A stretch of DNA of 52,956 nucleotides from Myxococcota bacterium. GTDB lineage: Bacteria > Myxococcota > JACRCW01. The DNA is taken from the NCBI GenBank assembly GCA_040752415.1, contig JBFMGU010000042.1:1-52956 (forward strand), in the 5' to 3' direction. This document shows, one piece after another, positions 36,274 to 45,790 of the stretch (its first letter is position 1; every line of letters begins with the position of its first letter). Both the position numbers and the translations under genes were made by a program. The notes under the pieces were generated by a model. That model had not been told where the DNA came from. It made no database searches and saw nothing but the letters and a program-made list of their open reading frames with translations.

Positions 36274-37389
36274 ATGACCGTGGGATCCGTCAGCAACCGC
36301 GCCACCCGCGCGCCCCAGGCCACGCCTGAGGCACAGCCCAACACCCCCGCGGCACAACCCGCCGCAACCCCTCCCCCGACGTCAACGGAGCCGGCCGCGC
36401 GGACCCCGGCCAGCAGCCAGCAATCCGCGGCGTCGCGCCACCGCGCTTCCGGGGAGGAGGCCGCGGCCCGTCAGCGCGCGGAAGCCTCGTTGTCGACGCG
36501 CTCGACCTCGGCGGTGGGACCCAACGCGCACAAGCAGCCGCTCAAGGGCACCTACCACGTCAACGACTACCTGGGCGCCGACGGGAAGCTCGACGCGGAC
36601 AAGATGCGCACGCTGGCGCAGACGGACCCGCGCGCGGCCAGCATGATCACCAACGTGGCCAAGAACTACGGGAACCTCCTCGCCGACGGCACACGCATCA
36701 CCATTGCGCCCAACACCGGCAACGGCGGTGAACCCGCCATCACCATGGTGCCGCGCTCGCTGCAGGAGCAGCCCAACCAGAAGCACAACGTGCAGGTGCA
36801 CTACCACGGCGACGCGAGCCGCGCGGACCAGCCCTCGGCGGGACTGCAGCAGGGTCGCCCCACGTTCGAGCAGCGGCTGCAGGACAAGATGAAGGGCCCG
36901 CCCCCGACGGTGATGGTGCTCCCCGAACAACCCGCGAGCGAGTTCGGCACCGCGGGCAAGGCGCGCTGGGACAACGTGAAGAACACCGGGGAGACCGCGC
37001 GGAATGCGCTCCGCGCCAGCGGCGTGAACGGGCTGGACCTGGACGCGGCGCGGGGACGGGGTGGTGAGCTGGTGGTGTCGTCGCATTCCCGCGGCGCGCA
37101 CGGGATGTTGTCCGCGCACGAGAAGGGCGGCCTGGAGGCGGACCGGCTGGAGCTGCATGACAACCTCTGGGACAGCTCCTGGAATGGGCGCTGGAGCGGC
37201 GGGACGCGCGGCGCGGGGCTGGAGGACTGGGCGCGCAAGCATCCCAACGCGCGCGTTGACGCCGTCATCTCCAACGGCACGGAGAGCTCCGAGGCCGTGC
37301 AGAACCAGGCGCGGCGCAATCCCAGCGTGCGCGTCATTCCCCGTCGGGATCTTGGTCACGACGGAACCGCGCTGACGCCCATCCGGTAA
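36274..37389 (+). CDS. Alpha/beta-hydrolase-like protein with long low-complexity N-terminus
   Basis: SD GAGGAG. VHYHG, nucleophile elbow VSSHSRGA, LELHD, terminal GHD. First ~85 aa are Ala/Pro/Ser/Thr/Gln-rich with no signal peptide. Confidence 0.6.
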   Translation: MTVGSVSNRATRAPQATPEAQPNTPAAQPAATPPPTSTEPAARTPASSQQSAASRHRASGEEAAARQRAEASLSTRSTSAVGPNAHKQPLKGTYHVNDYLGADGKLDADKMRTLAQTDPRAASMITNVAKNYGNLLADGTRITIAPNTGNGGEPAITMVPRSLQEQPNQKHNVQVHYHGDASRADQPSAGLQQGRPTFEQRLQDKMKGPPPTVMVLPEQPASEFGTAGKARWDNVKNTGETARNALRASGVNGLDLDAARGRGGELVVSSHSRGAHGMLSAHEKGGLEADRLELHDNLWDSSWNGRWSGGTRGAGLEDWARKHPNARVDAVISNGTESSEAVQNQARRNPSVRVIPRRDLGHDGTALTPIR

Positions 37390-37411
37390 CGCGGCACCTC
37401 ACGGAGAACCC

Positions 37412-37789
37412 ATGGCCACCGAGCAGCCGAACGAGTCCTATGCCAAGCGGTTCTTCACGAGCCAGCTTCCCCGTCACATCGTCCAGAACATCGAGAAGTT
37501 CGGCGCGCAGCAGGGCTCCATCTCGTTCTACGTCCGCAACCAGGGCAAGTGGACGCTGCGCATGGGTGACCTGGAGACGCCCATCCAGGAAGGCATGGAT
37601 GACGCCGCGGACCTCAAGCTGTGGTTCGCCGCCTCCGCGTTCGAGGGATTCATCAAGGGCACGCTCGACGTCGCCAGCGCCATCGACAAGGAGGAGATCC
37701 AGTTTGACGGCGACGTGAGCGCGTTGGAGCGCTTTGGTTTCCTGCTCACCGCCTCCACCAGCGCCATTGGCACGCGGTTCAATCGCTAA
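37412..37789 (+). CDS. SCP2 (sterol carrier protein 2) lipid-binding domain protein
   Basis: 125 aa: QGKWTLRM...IQEGMDDAADLKL...FEGFIKGTLDVASAI...IQFDGDVSALERF. Confidence 0.75.
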   Translation: MATEQPNESYAKRFFTSQLPRHIVQNIEKFGAQQGSISFYVRNQGKWTLRMGDLETPIQEGMDDAADLKLWFAASAFEGFIKGTLDVASAIDKEEIQFDGDVSALERFGFLLTASTSAIGTRFNR

Positions 37790-40445
37790 ACGCAGCCAAC
37801 GCGTACGCCACGGGCATTCCGTCCCCGCGCGACGCCACCAGAACGTCGTCATGCCAATGGTAGCTCACCGCGTTGCGCGGCACGCGCTCCACCGTGCTGC
37901 GGCCCTGCTTCACCAGCGCCGCGAGCTCCGTGCGTGACGCTGGCCTCGCCCGGGGCTCCCACCGGTTCTGACGACGCCACGCGTGCACCATCGCGTTGAC
38001 GGAGTAGAGCGGTCGCTCCAGCTCGCGTCTGTCCAGGCAGGCATTCGCGGGCATGCGCGTGAGCAGCGAAGCAAGATCCTGCCGCGACGCCACCTGCTCC
38101 AGCTCGGGAATCCAGCGCGCGCTACCGCGCTCCAGCACGTAACGCAGCTCCGCCACGACGACCTCCAGCCCGAGATGTTCCGCCGCCGCGTCGATGATGA
38201 GCCGATCCATGGCCCGCCACAGCGAGGGCATCCTGCGCCCCAGCAGCCGCTCCCCCAGGAAAACCCACTCCGCGCGCACCTGCTTGCCGAACACGTCGTC
38301 GTACCAGCGCGCGGTGTCGCGGAACTTGAGGTCCTCACTCGTGCCGTGCGCCTGGGCCCAGGGGCGCATGGAGAGACCACGTCGCAGGCGCGCGTCGACG
38401 TCGACCTTCACCGAGTCCAGGTCGCGCACGACGATGCGGCCATTCAGCCTCCCGCGACGATCCGTCTCGAAGAGCACGTTCTGCTGGTGGAGATCGGCCA
38501 GCAGGCCCTGTGGGAAGGCCAGGAACGCTGCCGCGCGCACCACCGGGCGGAAAACGTTCTCGACGACAAACCCCGCGAACTCCTCCTCGTTCCTGCACAT
38601 GGAGCGCAACAGCGGACGCTCCTGTCCTTCCCGGGCGAACAGCGAGAACCCCGGAACCAGGTGGTCCATCGACGCGGGAAGCTCGCGCACAATGGTTCCG
38701 TGGTTGCGATGCCGCAGTCGAAGCGTCACGGGCTCGCGCAGGAAGGAGACTCCCACCGCGCGCAACCGAGAAGCGGGAATCTCGTCGAGAGCGCGCGTGA
38801 CGGTCCGGGCGCGTTCCAGTTTGCTGGTGCGCAGCAGGCGCGAGATGCGCTGGATCTCCACGTCGAGAGAGAGCTTCAGCCCGAACGGCCGCAACCGCTC
38901 CGTGCGCGACCACACCACGAGCGAACGCGGCGACGCCGTAGGCGTGGCGACGTGAACACCGCGCTCCAGGCCGTATTGCGCCACATCCAACGCGTACTCT
39001 TCCCGCGCCGCGGGATGGATGTGAAACCGCACGTAGCTGCGCCCACGCCGCTGGACCAGAAGATGGCGACGCATTTCGGGCGGCAGCTCTCGCGGTTGCA
39101 CGTCGACCTCGTCGGCGGGGACGAGAATGGCCTCCAGCTCGAACACCGGGGAGGCACGCGGGTCCAGGTGCTCCGGCAGGCCACGGAGGTCCAGGGGCGC
39201 GAACAGGCGCGGGTGTCGGACGCGGTCATTCACGTTCTGCTCGCGGTGCAACCACCGACGCAAGGAGCGCGGCATCCTTTGCGGTCTACGTCGACGCCAG
39301 CGCACACCCTCCAGCCAGCGCCAGAGCGTCTCCCCATCCCTGACGGGCGGCGCGTTGTCGTCGATGCGGCGCATGGCGTCGTGGAGCGCGTGGTCAAAGT
39401 CCTTCCGCCAGCTGCGACCGGTCAGCCGCGCCACACGGTGCAGCGGTCCCCCGACGAAGAATGTGTGCAGGCTCTGCTGGACGGCGTGACGATGGTCGAG
39501 CGCGTCGTAGTCATCCGCACGGTTTCTCACGACGGGCAGCTCGGCCACCAGCTTGCGTGCGCGCGCCGAGGCCTGCTCCAGGTGCGCGAGGTCAAACGAG
39601 ACACCCTCGAGGTCACGGAACCAGAACCGGCCGGTGAGGCCACCACGCGGCCCCAGCTCCACGAGGAGGTTCTGCGCATGCGCCTCCGCCACCGCGCCCA
39701 GCTCGACGGCACACTCGAGGAACGCGTCGAGGAACGGGCGCAGGAACCCCGCACGCAGCTCCGTCAGCGCGAAGAAGGGCACCAACGCGCAACGGCCCGT
39801 CAGGACCTCGCGCGGAATCTCCCGGACCAGGAACCCCGACGGCGAATCCTCCCGCGGCGCCACTCCCAACGGCTCTCGCAGGAATCCCAGTCGGCGACCG
39901 CGCCACAACGTGAGCAGTCGCGTCTTCCCCACGCTGGACGCAATCTCGGCGGCGCTCAGCCCGCGCGGCTCCCCCGCCACCATGCGCGGCAAGGAGAGCT
40001 TCGCGAAGAACGGCGCGCCCTCTCCACCGGGTGACCAGACCAGCACCGTGCGTGTCGACGAGGTGGCGGACGCCACGAGCCGCGGCCCCGGCTTCCCCCG
40101 ACGGAGCCACGCCGCACCCGCATCCGCGAGCGGGTGAAGCAGCGCCAGCACCTCGCGGCCCTCCGTCGTGGAGCGGAAGAAACGCCGGCGCAACGACGTG
40201 GAGAGACCCGCGTCCCAGGTCCGCACGTCGCGCTCAGGGAGCCACCGCGTGGGAAGGACCCAGGTCCGACCGCCCTCCGGACGCAGCTCCCGCGGCACGG
40301 ACTCGACGGAACCGGCGTCGAGCAGGCGGGGATCAACCTGGCGGGTGACGTGACGCTGCTCGGCCTCGAGCCAGGCGCGGACCGTCGGGGGAAGGAGCGC
40401 ACGCGCCGCGGCAGCGCTGGGCTCGTCGAGGAACTGCGCGGCCAC
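37779..40445 (-). CDS. Protein with two tandem IucA/IucC (NIS synthetase)-like catalytic domains
   Basis: Domain 1: LLHP, ATSSTRTV, AKLSL, FLREP, EAHAQNLL, FRDLEG. Domain 2: HIHP, PTASPRSL, LKLSL, FLREP, DLHQQNVL, VRDLDS. GTG start 16 nt after the upstream gene. Confidence 0.7.
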   Translation of the reverse strand: MAAQFLDEPSAAAARALLPPTVRAWLEAEQRHVTRQVDPRLLDAGSVESVPRELRPEGGRTWVLPTRWLPERDVRTWDAGLSTSLRRRFFRSTTEGREVLALLHPLADAGAAWLRRGKPGPRLVASATSSTRTVLVWSPGGEGAPFFAKLSLPRMVAGEPRGLSAAEIASSVGKTRLLTLWRGRRLGFLREPLGVAPREDSPSGFLVREIPREVLTGRCALVPFFALTELRAGFLRPFLDAFLECAVELGAVAEAHAQNLLVELGPRGGLTGRFWFRDLEGVSFDLAHLEQASARARKLVAELPVVRNRADDYDALDHRHAVQQSLHTFFVGGPLHRVARLTGRSWRKDFDHALHDAMRRIDDNAPPVRDGETLWRWLEGVRWRRRRPQRMPRSLRRWLHREQNVNDRVRHPRLFAPLDLRGLPEHLDPRASPVFELEAILVPADEVDVQPRELPPEMRRHLLVQRRGRSYVRFHIHPAAREEYALDVAQYGLERGVHVATPTASPRSLVVWSRTERLRPFGLKLSLDVEIQRISRLLRTSKLERARTVTRALDEIPASRLRAVGVSFLREPVTLRLRHRNHGTIVRELPASMDHLVPGFSLFAREGQERPLLRSMCRNEEEFAGFVVENVFRPVVRAAAFLAFPQGLLADLHQQNVLFETDRRGRLNGRIVVRDLDSVKVDVDARLRRGLSMRPWAQAHGTSEDLKFRDTARWYDDVFGKQVRAEWVFLGERLLGRRMPSLWRAMDRLIIDAAAEHLGLEVVVAELRYVLERGSARWIPELEQVASRQDLASLLTRMPANACLDRRELERPLYSVNAMVHAWRRQNRWEPRARPASRTELAALVKQGRSTVERVPRNAVSYHWHDDVLVASRGDGMPVAYALAAFSD

Positions 40446-40461
40446 AGCGGCGGGTGCGAGA

Positions 40462-40854
40462 TTACTCGGTGGCCACGGTCCCGCTCGCGGACTGCTTGAG
40501 CGTGCGGGCCAGGTCCACGGCGCGCTTGCCGGTCAGCGACATCTCGGCGATCTCGTCCTTGGAGAGGCCGTTGTCGTTGAGGTCGTACTTCGCGATCATG
40601 TGCTCCTTGGCGTACGCCACGGCGCGCTTCACGTCGGCGGCGGTGACCTGCGCCCCGGCACGGAAGTCGCGGTGGTCAATGAACTTGAAGAAGATGTCGA
40701 CGAGCGCGGCCTGGTTGCGCGGCACGCGGTCGGTGGCCAGCGCGTTCTTGACCTCGCTGCGAGAGATGCGGCCATCCTCACCGCCGACGCGGATGATGGT
40801 CTTGGCGGCAAGGTCCAGTGCACGGTTGACGTCGCTCTTGGCAATGCGTGACAT
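40462..40854 (-). CDS. Small hypothetical protein with two EF-hand-like loops
   Basis: 130 aa, strong GC3 bias, SD GGGAG. Loops GGEDGRISRSEV and YDLNDNGLSKDEI. Confidence 0.7.
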   Translation of the reverse strand: MSRIAKSDVNRALDLAAKTIIRVGGEDGRISRSEVKNALATDRVPRNQAALVDIFFKFIDHRDFRAGAQVTAADVKRAVAYAKEHMIAKYDLNDNGLSKDEIAEMSLTGKRAVDLARTLKQSASGTVATE

Positions 40855-40901
40855 GTCAGCTCCCGGGTTTTGGAAGGATCACCACTGCAATCCGGCCCGC
40901 G

Positions 40902-40930
40902 ACGGTGGCGCCCGGTTTTCCAGCTGTCAA
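40902..40930 (-). promoter_or_regulatory. Possible sigma70-type promoter for the EF-hand-like/NIS-like operon
   Basis: Minus strand TTGACA-N17-CACCGT, 47 nt upstream of the ATG at 40854. The -10 box is weak. Confidence 0.4.
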
Positions 40931-40943
40931 CATCCCCGCGGCC

Positions 40944-42941
40944 TCACAGCGTCTTCAGGTATTCCACCAGGTCCGCAATCTCGCTCTCGGAAAGGCCAGC
41001 GACGGAGCCGTGCTGGTCACCCGCGCAGTAGCTGAGCGTGAAGCGGTCGGTCAGGGTGGGCGCGCAGCCGCTGTGCATGAGCGGAGTCCGGTACGCCACG
41101 CCATTCAGCGACGGAACCTGGAACCATCCGCCGGTGCCCACGTTCTTGCTGCTGTTGTCGGTGAACTGCGTCCCCTCGTGACAATCCAGGCAATCCCGCA
41201 CCGGGTCCGCGAACAAGAGGGCGCCCCGCTCCGCCGCGGCCTGGTCGATTCCCGACGGAGGCGGCAGCGACGGCAGCTGGTTGAGCCACGCGCCCAACGC
41301 CATGATCTGCGCGGGCACCAGTGAAGCACCGTTCATGCGCCCCACGAACACCTCACTGACCAGGTGCGTGAGGTCCGTCATGTCGCCATCCCAGTGGAAC
41401 GGCGCGGTGCTCATCATCCCGCCCAGCAGGCTCTGCGTCCGTCGGGGGCCCAGTCCGGAGAAGCTCCAGGCACGCGTGTCGTCGCGGCCCTCGGGGTGAC
41501 AGGAGGCGCACGAGATGCCGCCGCGGGAGTTGGAGTGGAAGATGGCGTGGCCGGTATCCTTGCGGCTGTCGTCGGCCAGCGTGACGGTGGTGCCTCCCAC
41601 GAGGAGGGCGGCGGGCTCGCGCGTCTGCACCACGAGGTTGCCGCTGGGCGCGTAGGCAATCGCAATGACCTGACCGGGGTGCTCGTCCATGCCCGGCGCC
41701 GCGCCGCAGCGGGTCTGGTCGAGGAACTGTTCCAGCGGCGCCTGCTTCACCTGGACGCCATGCTCCATCAGCGCGTTCCCGGGACCGCCCACCGCCAGCT
41801 GCGTCCCGTCGGGTGAGAGCGAGAGGTCCACCGCCAGCATCACACCCTGCGCGCCACCCTTCAGCGGCACCGACGGCTGCGGAGCCACCCCGCGCTGCAC
41901 CAGCGCCACCGCGCTCGCCACCACGCCACGGGGGTCGCGACACTCCTCGTTTCCCGCCTCGTAGCCCGAGGGCGCGGGGTCCACCGTGACGGTCACCGAG
42001 AGCTGGTGCAGCACGAAGGCGCCGTTCATGGTCGGGGCGGGGATCATGCGCCAGGCCACCGAGGGCGTGCGGGTCCGCCCCGGCCCACCCGCGCTCGAGG
42101 ACGAACCCGACGTGGCGCCCGCCTGCGGGTCCACCTCCGGCAACTCGATGCGCTCCTCGAGGACACCGGTGTCGGCGTTCACCGCCAGCACGTCCGCGGT
42201 GCGGAACACGCTGACCAGCAGCCCACCCCCATCCACCACGACGTCACGCAGGTCCAGCTCCAGCAACCGCGTCCACTGCGCCGGCCCGCCGCCTGAGGGC
42301 AACGCCACCAGCTCACCCGTGGCGCACGCCACGAAGATCATGTTCCTCGTCGCGTCGTGGGCCAGGCCGCGGGGCGCACCGCACACGTCCCGTCGTTCCA
42401 CCAGCTCTCCGGTGGACACGTTGATGGTCACCACGGCGCCGCCCCGTCGGAGCGCCACGTGCACGCGGCCGGCGTTGTCCTCGACGAGACGCCCGGGCTC
42501 GTCGCCCGCCTGCAGCTCCACGGTGGTGCGGAGCGTGGGCGGGTTGAGGTCCACGATGTAGACGCGGTCGCGGTCCGGGTCGGAGGCCACCGCGGTGTTC
42601 CCCGACTGCAACACGAGCAGCGTGCCACCGCTGATGGGCGGGGGCGGCACCGCCTGGGTCACCGTCTCACCGAAGTTCGGCGGCGCGCCGGAGGCCGTGC
42701 TTCCGAAGAAGCCGCTGGAGGACGACGATGAACTGGGCGAAGAGCTGGCCGACGACGAGCTGCTGGACGAGGAGCTGGACGCCGAGGTGGAGGAGTCATT
42801 GCGCCGGAACGAGGTGGACCTCCCGCCGCTGGACGAGCTCGACGTCGAGCCGCTTCCCGCGGATTCGGGCTCACTGGGCTCGCAGGCGAATGCGAGAACC
42901 ATCCAAGCGGCAGACACTCCGACGACCCACGCGCGCTTCAT
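40944..42941 (-). CDS. Lipoprotein with YncE-like beta-propeller and di-haem cytochrome c (CcP/MauG-like) domain
   Basis: Lipobox MVLAFAC, Ser-rich linker, propeller repeats (DEPGRLVED, GAPRGLA). Two CxxCH motifs (CASCH, CLDCH), RRTQSL, PFHWDG, FQVPSL, PLMHSG, DLVEYLKTL. Confidence 0.85.
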   Translation of the reverse strand: MKRAWVVGVSAAWMVLAFACEPSEPESAGSGSTSSSSSGGRSTSFRRNDSSTSASSSSSSSSSSASSSPSSSSSSSGFFGSTASGAPPNFGETVTQAVPPPPISGGTLLVLQSGNTAVASDPDRDRVYIVDLNPPTLRTTVELQAGDEPGRLVEDNAGRVHVALRRGGAVVTINVSTGELVERRDVCGAPRGLAHDATRNMIFVACATGELVALPSGGGPAQWTRLLELDLRDVVVDGGGLLVSVFRTADVLAVNADTGVLEERIELPEVDPQAGATSGSSSSAGGPGRTRTPSVAWRMIPAPTMNGAFVLHQLSVTVTVDPAPSGYEAGNEECRDPRGVVASAVALVQRGVAPQPSVPLKGGAQGVMLAVDLSLSPDGTQLAVGGPGNALMEHGVQVKQAPLEQFLDQTRCGAAPGMDEHPGQVIAIAYAPSGNLVVQTREPAALLVGGTTVTLADDSRKDTGHAIFHSNSRGGISCASCHPEGRDDTRAWSFSGLGPRRTQSLLGGMMSTAPFHWDGDMTDLTHLVSEVFVGRMNGASLVPAQIMALGAWLNQLPSLPPPSGIDQAAAERGALLFADPVRDCLDCHEGTQFTDNSSKNVGTGGWFQVPSLNGVAYRTPLMHSGCAPTLTDRFTLSYCAGDQHGSVAGLSESEIADLVEYLKTL

Positions 42942-43040
42942 GTGTTTCCTCCTCGGGGCACGCCCCCCGGCGACCGTGAACGATCCTGCCACGCCACTTC
43001 GGATTTGCCTACGATGTTAGACGGACTTCGGATCCGCGCA

Positions 43041-43087
43041 TGCTCAAATTGAGCACACTCCGTCACCGCCCTTAGACAAGTGCTCAA
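43041..43087. promoter_or_regulatory. Candidate transcription-factor operator
   Basis: Perfect palindrome TGCTCAA-A-TTGAGCA (43041-43055) plus a further TGCTCAA half-site at 43081-43087, in the AT-richer region upstream of the cytochrome gene. Confidence 0.4.
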
Positions 43088-43402
43088 CCCGGCTAAAAGG
43101 TTCGGTGGATCACACCGCCACGGCCAGCACAGCTCCACCGCGCGACACCCCGCATCCGAATAGCGTGTTCGACCACCGCACCCCGTGGCGTGGGCATTCT
43201 TGCCTGCGGGGCGTCCCCGTCGCCCTTCTGGACCGCCACCTGTCGACGACGCTCTCCCTTGAACCGTGAGCGTGCCGCGTTTCAGGCGTCACCGCCGGCA
43301 AGCATGCCCACGCCACTGCGTGCGGCATTCGGGCGAGGCTCCCGCCCACTCCGCGCGACGACAATCCGTTTGCCACCGGACAAGACGGGACGAATCGCCC
43401 AC

Positions 43403-43439
43403 AAAAAAGAAAACCCCCACCTCGCGGCAGGGGCTTTCT
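43403..43439 (-). terminator. Intrinsic terminator after the PPC-repeat lipoprotein gene
   Basis: Minus strand AGAAAGCCCCTGCC-GCGA-GGTGGGGGTTTTCTTTTTT: stem with GNRA loop and U tract, about 40 nt after the stop. Confidence 0.8.
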
Positions 43440-43477
43440 CTTCCGACCTCACTCCGGGAAGGAGTGGCGTCAGTGCA

Positions 43478-45790
43478 TCACGGGTTGGCCGTGGTGAGCG
43501 TCAGCGTGAACCCGCCGCCGGCGGAGTAGCTGTCCACCACCAGGAAGTACGCCGTGTTCGCCGTCAGGGAGACGTCGGACAGCGTGCTGCCGTACTCGCC
43601 CGCCGACACGTTGGTGTCGTCGTTGCAGGTCAGCTCGGTGCCCGTGTCGCAGACGGCCTCACGGATGTACAGGATGCTGTCGAAGCCCTCGGTCACCGCC
43701 GTCAGCTTCACGTTCGCCGTCGGGGTGAAGGAGTAGAACACCTCGGGCTTGGCGCCGGAGCTGTTGCCCGCGCAGCCCTCGCCGGTGGCGGTGGTGTCGT
43801 TGGCCGCGCCGCCGGTGGTGCCGTAGACCACCAGCGCCGCCGCGCCCGGGGCCGGCAGGGTGAGCGCCTGCGCCGTGGCACAGGTGTCGTTGGCCGGCGG
43901 CGGGAAGGTGGCCGCCAGCGTGTAGTTCACGCCCGCCGCCGCAACCTCCGTGGGGGAGGAGACCTTCACCAGCACGCTGTTGCCGGTGGGCACGTTCTCA
44001 AACGTCACCACCTTGTTCTGGCCCTCGGTGGTCACGGTGGCCGTGCTGGCCGTGCTGCCGGTGACCTTGTCGTCCGCCACCGTGGCCTCGAAAGCCTCCA
44101 CGGTCAGGTTGGCCGCGTTGCCCACCGTCACCACGATGTTGCCCGCGCCGCTGTAGTTGCGGAACCAGAAGTAATCCACGTCGCCCGGGCAGAGCGCGCC
44201 GTTGAGCGCCGTGTCGATGGTGGCCGCGAACGGACCCACCGCGCCCACGTCGGTCTGGTTGTTGCGCGCCTCCAGCTGGTCCTCCGCCACCGCGGTGCAG
44301 GAGAACAGCACGTTGAAGTCGTAACCCGTGCCCGCCGCCGGCGTGCCCGTGCCCGCGATCTTCACCGCGTACTCACCCGGGGCCAGCGCCGTGGCCGTCA
44401 GGTTGCCGCCCGTGTAGGTGGTGCCCGCCACCGCCGTGCCCGTGGGGACGTCGCTGGCGTCGCGCGTGACGCTCTGCAGCTCGGGGGCCAGCGTGCCGGT
44501 GGCGCCGGCCGCCGGGTTCACCTTCACCGTCAGGTCGCCACCCTGGTGCACCACCAGGAACCAGTCCTCGTCGGTGGGGCACACGCCCAGCGCCACGTCC
44601 TGCGGGTTGCCCTGGTCGTCGGTCTGGGTGGTGATGGGGCCAAACGCGTCGGCCAGCGTGTTGTTCAGGCCGTTGAACGCCTCGGCCACGTCGCCAATGC
44701 AGGAGGGGGTGATGTTGAAGTTGTAGTTGGTGCCCACGTTCGGCGTGCCGGTGCCGCTGATGCGCACCACGTACTCACCGGGGTTGAGGCCGGTGCCGTT
44801 CAGCGTGCCGCTGGCGTAGGTCGCGCCCGCCACCACCGCGCTCGTCGGGTCGCCGGTCTCCGGACGGTTCACGCTGTGCAGCTCCGCCGCCAGGGTGCCG
44901 GAAGCGCCGGCCACCGGGGACACCAGCACCGCCACGTCACCGCCGTAGTGGATGAAGCCGATCCAGTCCTCGTCGCCGGAGCAGATGGACAGCTCGGCCG
45001 GCTCCGCGAACGGGTAGACCTGCTCACCGGTGAAGCTGTTGTAGAGCGGCAGGATGGTGGCATCCACCACGTTGTTGTTCCCTTCCACCGCGGGGGTCGC
45101 GGGGTCGTCCTCGTCCAGGCCGTCGGGCACGCAGAAGCCGCCGGAGATGATCTCCACGTCCAGCGTGTACGCGCCGGAGGTGGCGCCCAGGTCCGGGTCG
45201 TCGTAGCCGTCCACGATCAGCCAGTAGGTGCCGGCCTCCAGCGCGCCGATCTCCAGGCTCTCGGTGTCGGGCTCGGCGCTGTCGCGGCAGGTGTCCTCCT
45301 GCAGGACCGCGGCGGTGCAGGTGTCGCCCTTGCGCAGGTACAGCGCGGCGTCAAAGCCCTCGAGGTTGATGCGGATGCCGCTGGTCTCCGCCAGGGTGAG
45401 CTTCCACACCTGGTCGGGCGCGTTCTCGCCCAGCACGTACTGGGTCACGTCGCAGCCCACGAAGTTGTCGCCGGTGTCGGAGGTGTCACCGTTGTTGGTG
45501 CCCGCCGCCAGGTCCTGCGCCGCGTCGCACGCCGCCGTGGGGTTCCCGCTGGAACCGCTGGAGCCGCTGCCGCTGGCGCCGCTGGAGGACGACGTGGAGC
45601 CGTTCCCCGAGGAGGAACCGCTGGCGCCGCTGGAGGAGGACGTGGAGCCGTTGCCACCGGTGCTGCTGCTGGTGGACGCCCCGTTGCCGCCCGACGAGGA
45701 CGTGCTGCCGTTGCCCCCGGTGCCGGTGCAGCCGGTCGCCAGGATGCTGGCCGAAAGCAGGAACAAACCCGCAGTGGAGGAGAAACGCAT
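43478..45790 (-). CDS. Lipoprotein with Ser/Gly linker and about five PPC-like beta-sandwich domains
   Basis: Lipobox SILATGC; GNGSTSSS repeats. FDAALYLR...GTYWLIVDG...GAYTL; three C..D.D(W/Y) units; PANDTCATA...FDSILYIR...YFLVVD...GGFTLTL. Confidence 0.82.
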   Translation of the reverse strand: MRFSSTAGLFLLSASILATGCTGTGGNGSTSSSGGNGASTSSSTGGNGSTSSSSGASGSSSGNGSTSSSSGASGSGSSGSSGNPTAACDAAQDLAAGTNNGDTSDTGDNFVGCDVTQYVLGENAPDQVWKLTLAETSGIRINLEGFDAALYLRKGDTCTAAVLQEDTCRDSAEPDTESLEIGALEAGTYWLIVDGYDDPDLGATSGAYTLDVEIISGGFCVPDGLDEDDPATPAVEGNNNVVDATILPLYNSFTGEQVYPFAEPAELSICSGDEDWIGFIHYGGDVAVLVSPVAGASGTLAAELHSVNRPETGDPTSAVVAGATYASGTLNGTGLNPGEYVVRISGTGTPNVGTNYNFNITPSCIGDVAEAFNGLNNTLADAFGPITTQTDDQGNPQDVALGVCPTDEDWFLVVHQGGDLTVKVNPAAGATGTLAPELQSVTRDASDVPTGTAVAGTTYTGGNLTATALAPGEYAVKIAGTGTPAAGTGYDFNVLFSCTAVAEDQLEARNNQTDVGAVGPFAATIDTALNGALCPGDVDYFWFRNYSGAGNIVVTVGNAANLTVEAFEATVADDKVTGSTASTATVTTEGQNKVVTFENVPTGNSVLVKVSSPTEVAAAGVNYTLAATFPPPANDTCATAQALTLPAPGAAALVVYGTTGGAANDTTATGEGCAGNSSGAKPEVFYSFTPTANVKLTAVTEGFDSILYIREAVCDTGTELTCNDDTNVSAGEYGSTLSDVSLTANTAYFLVVDSYSAGGGFTLTLTTANP

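Noticed and set aside
37779..40445. Calling the locus a complete siderophore gene cluster
   Set aside because: No precursor-synthesis, export or uptake genes and no Fur box in the window.
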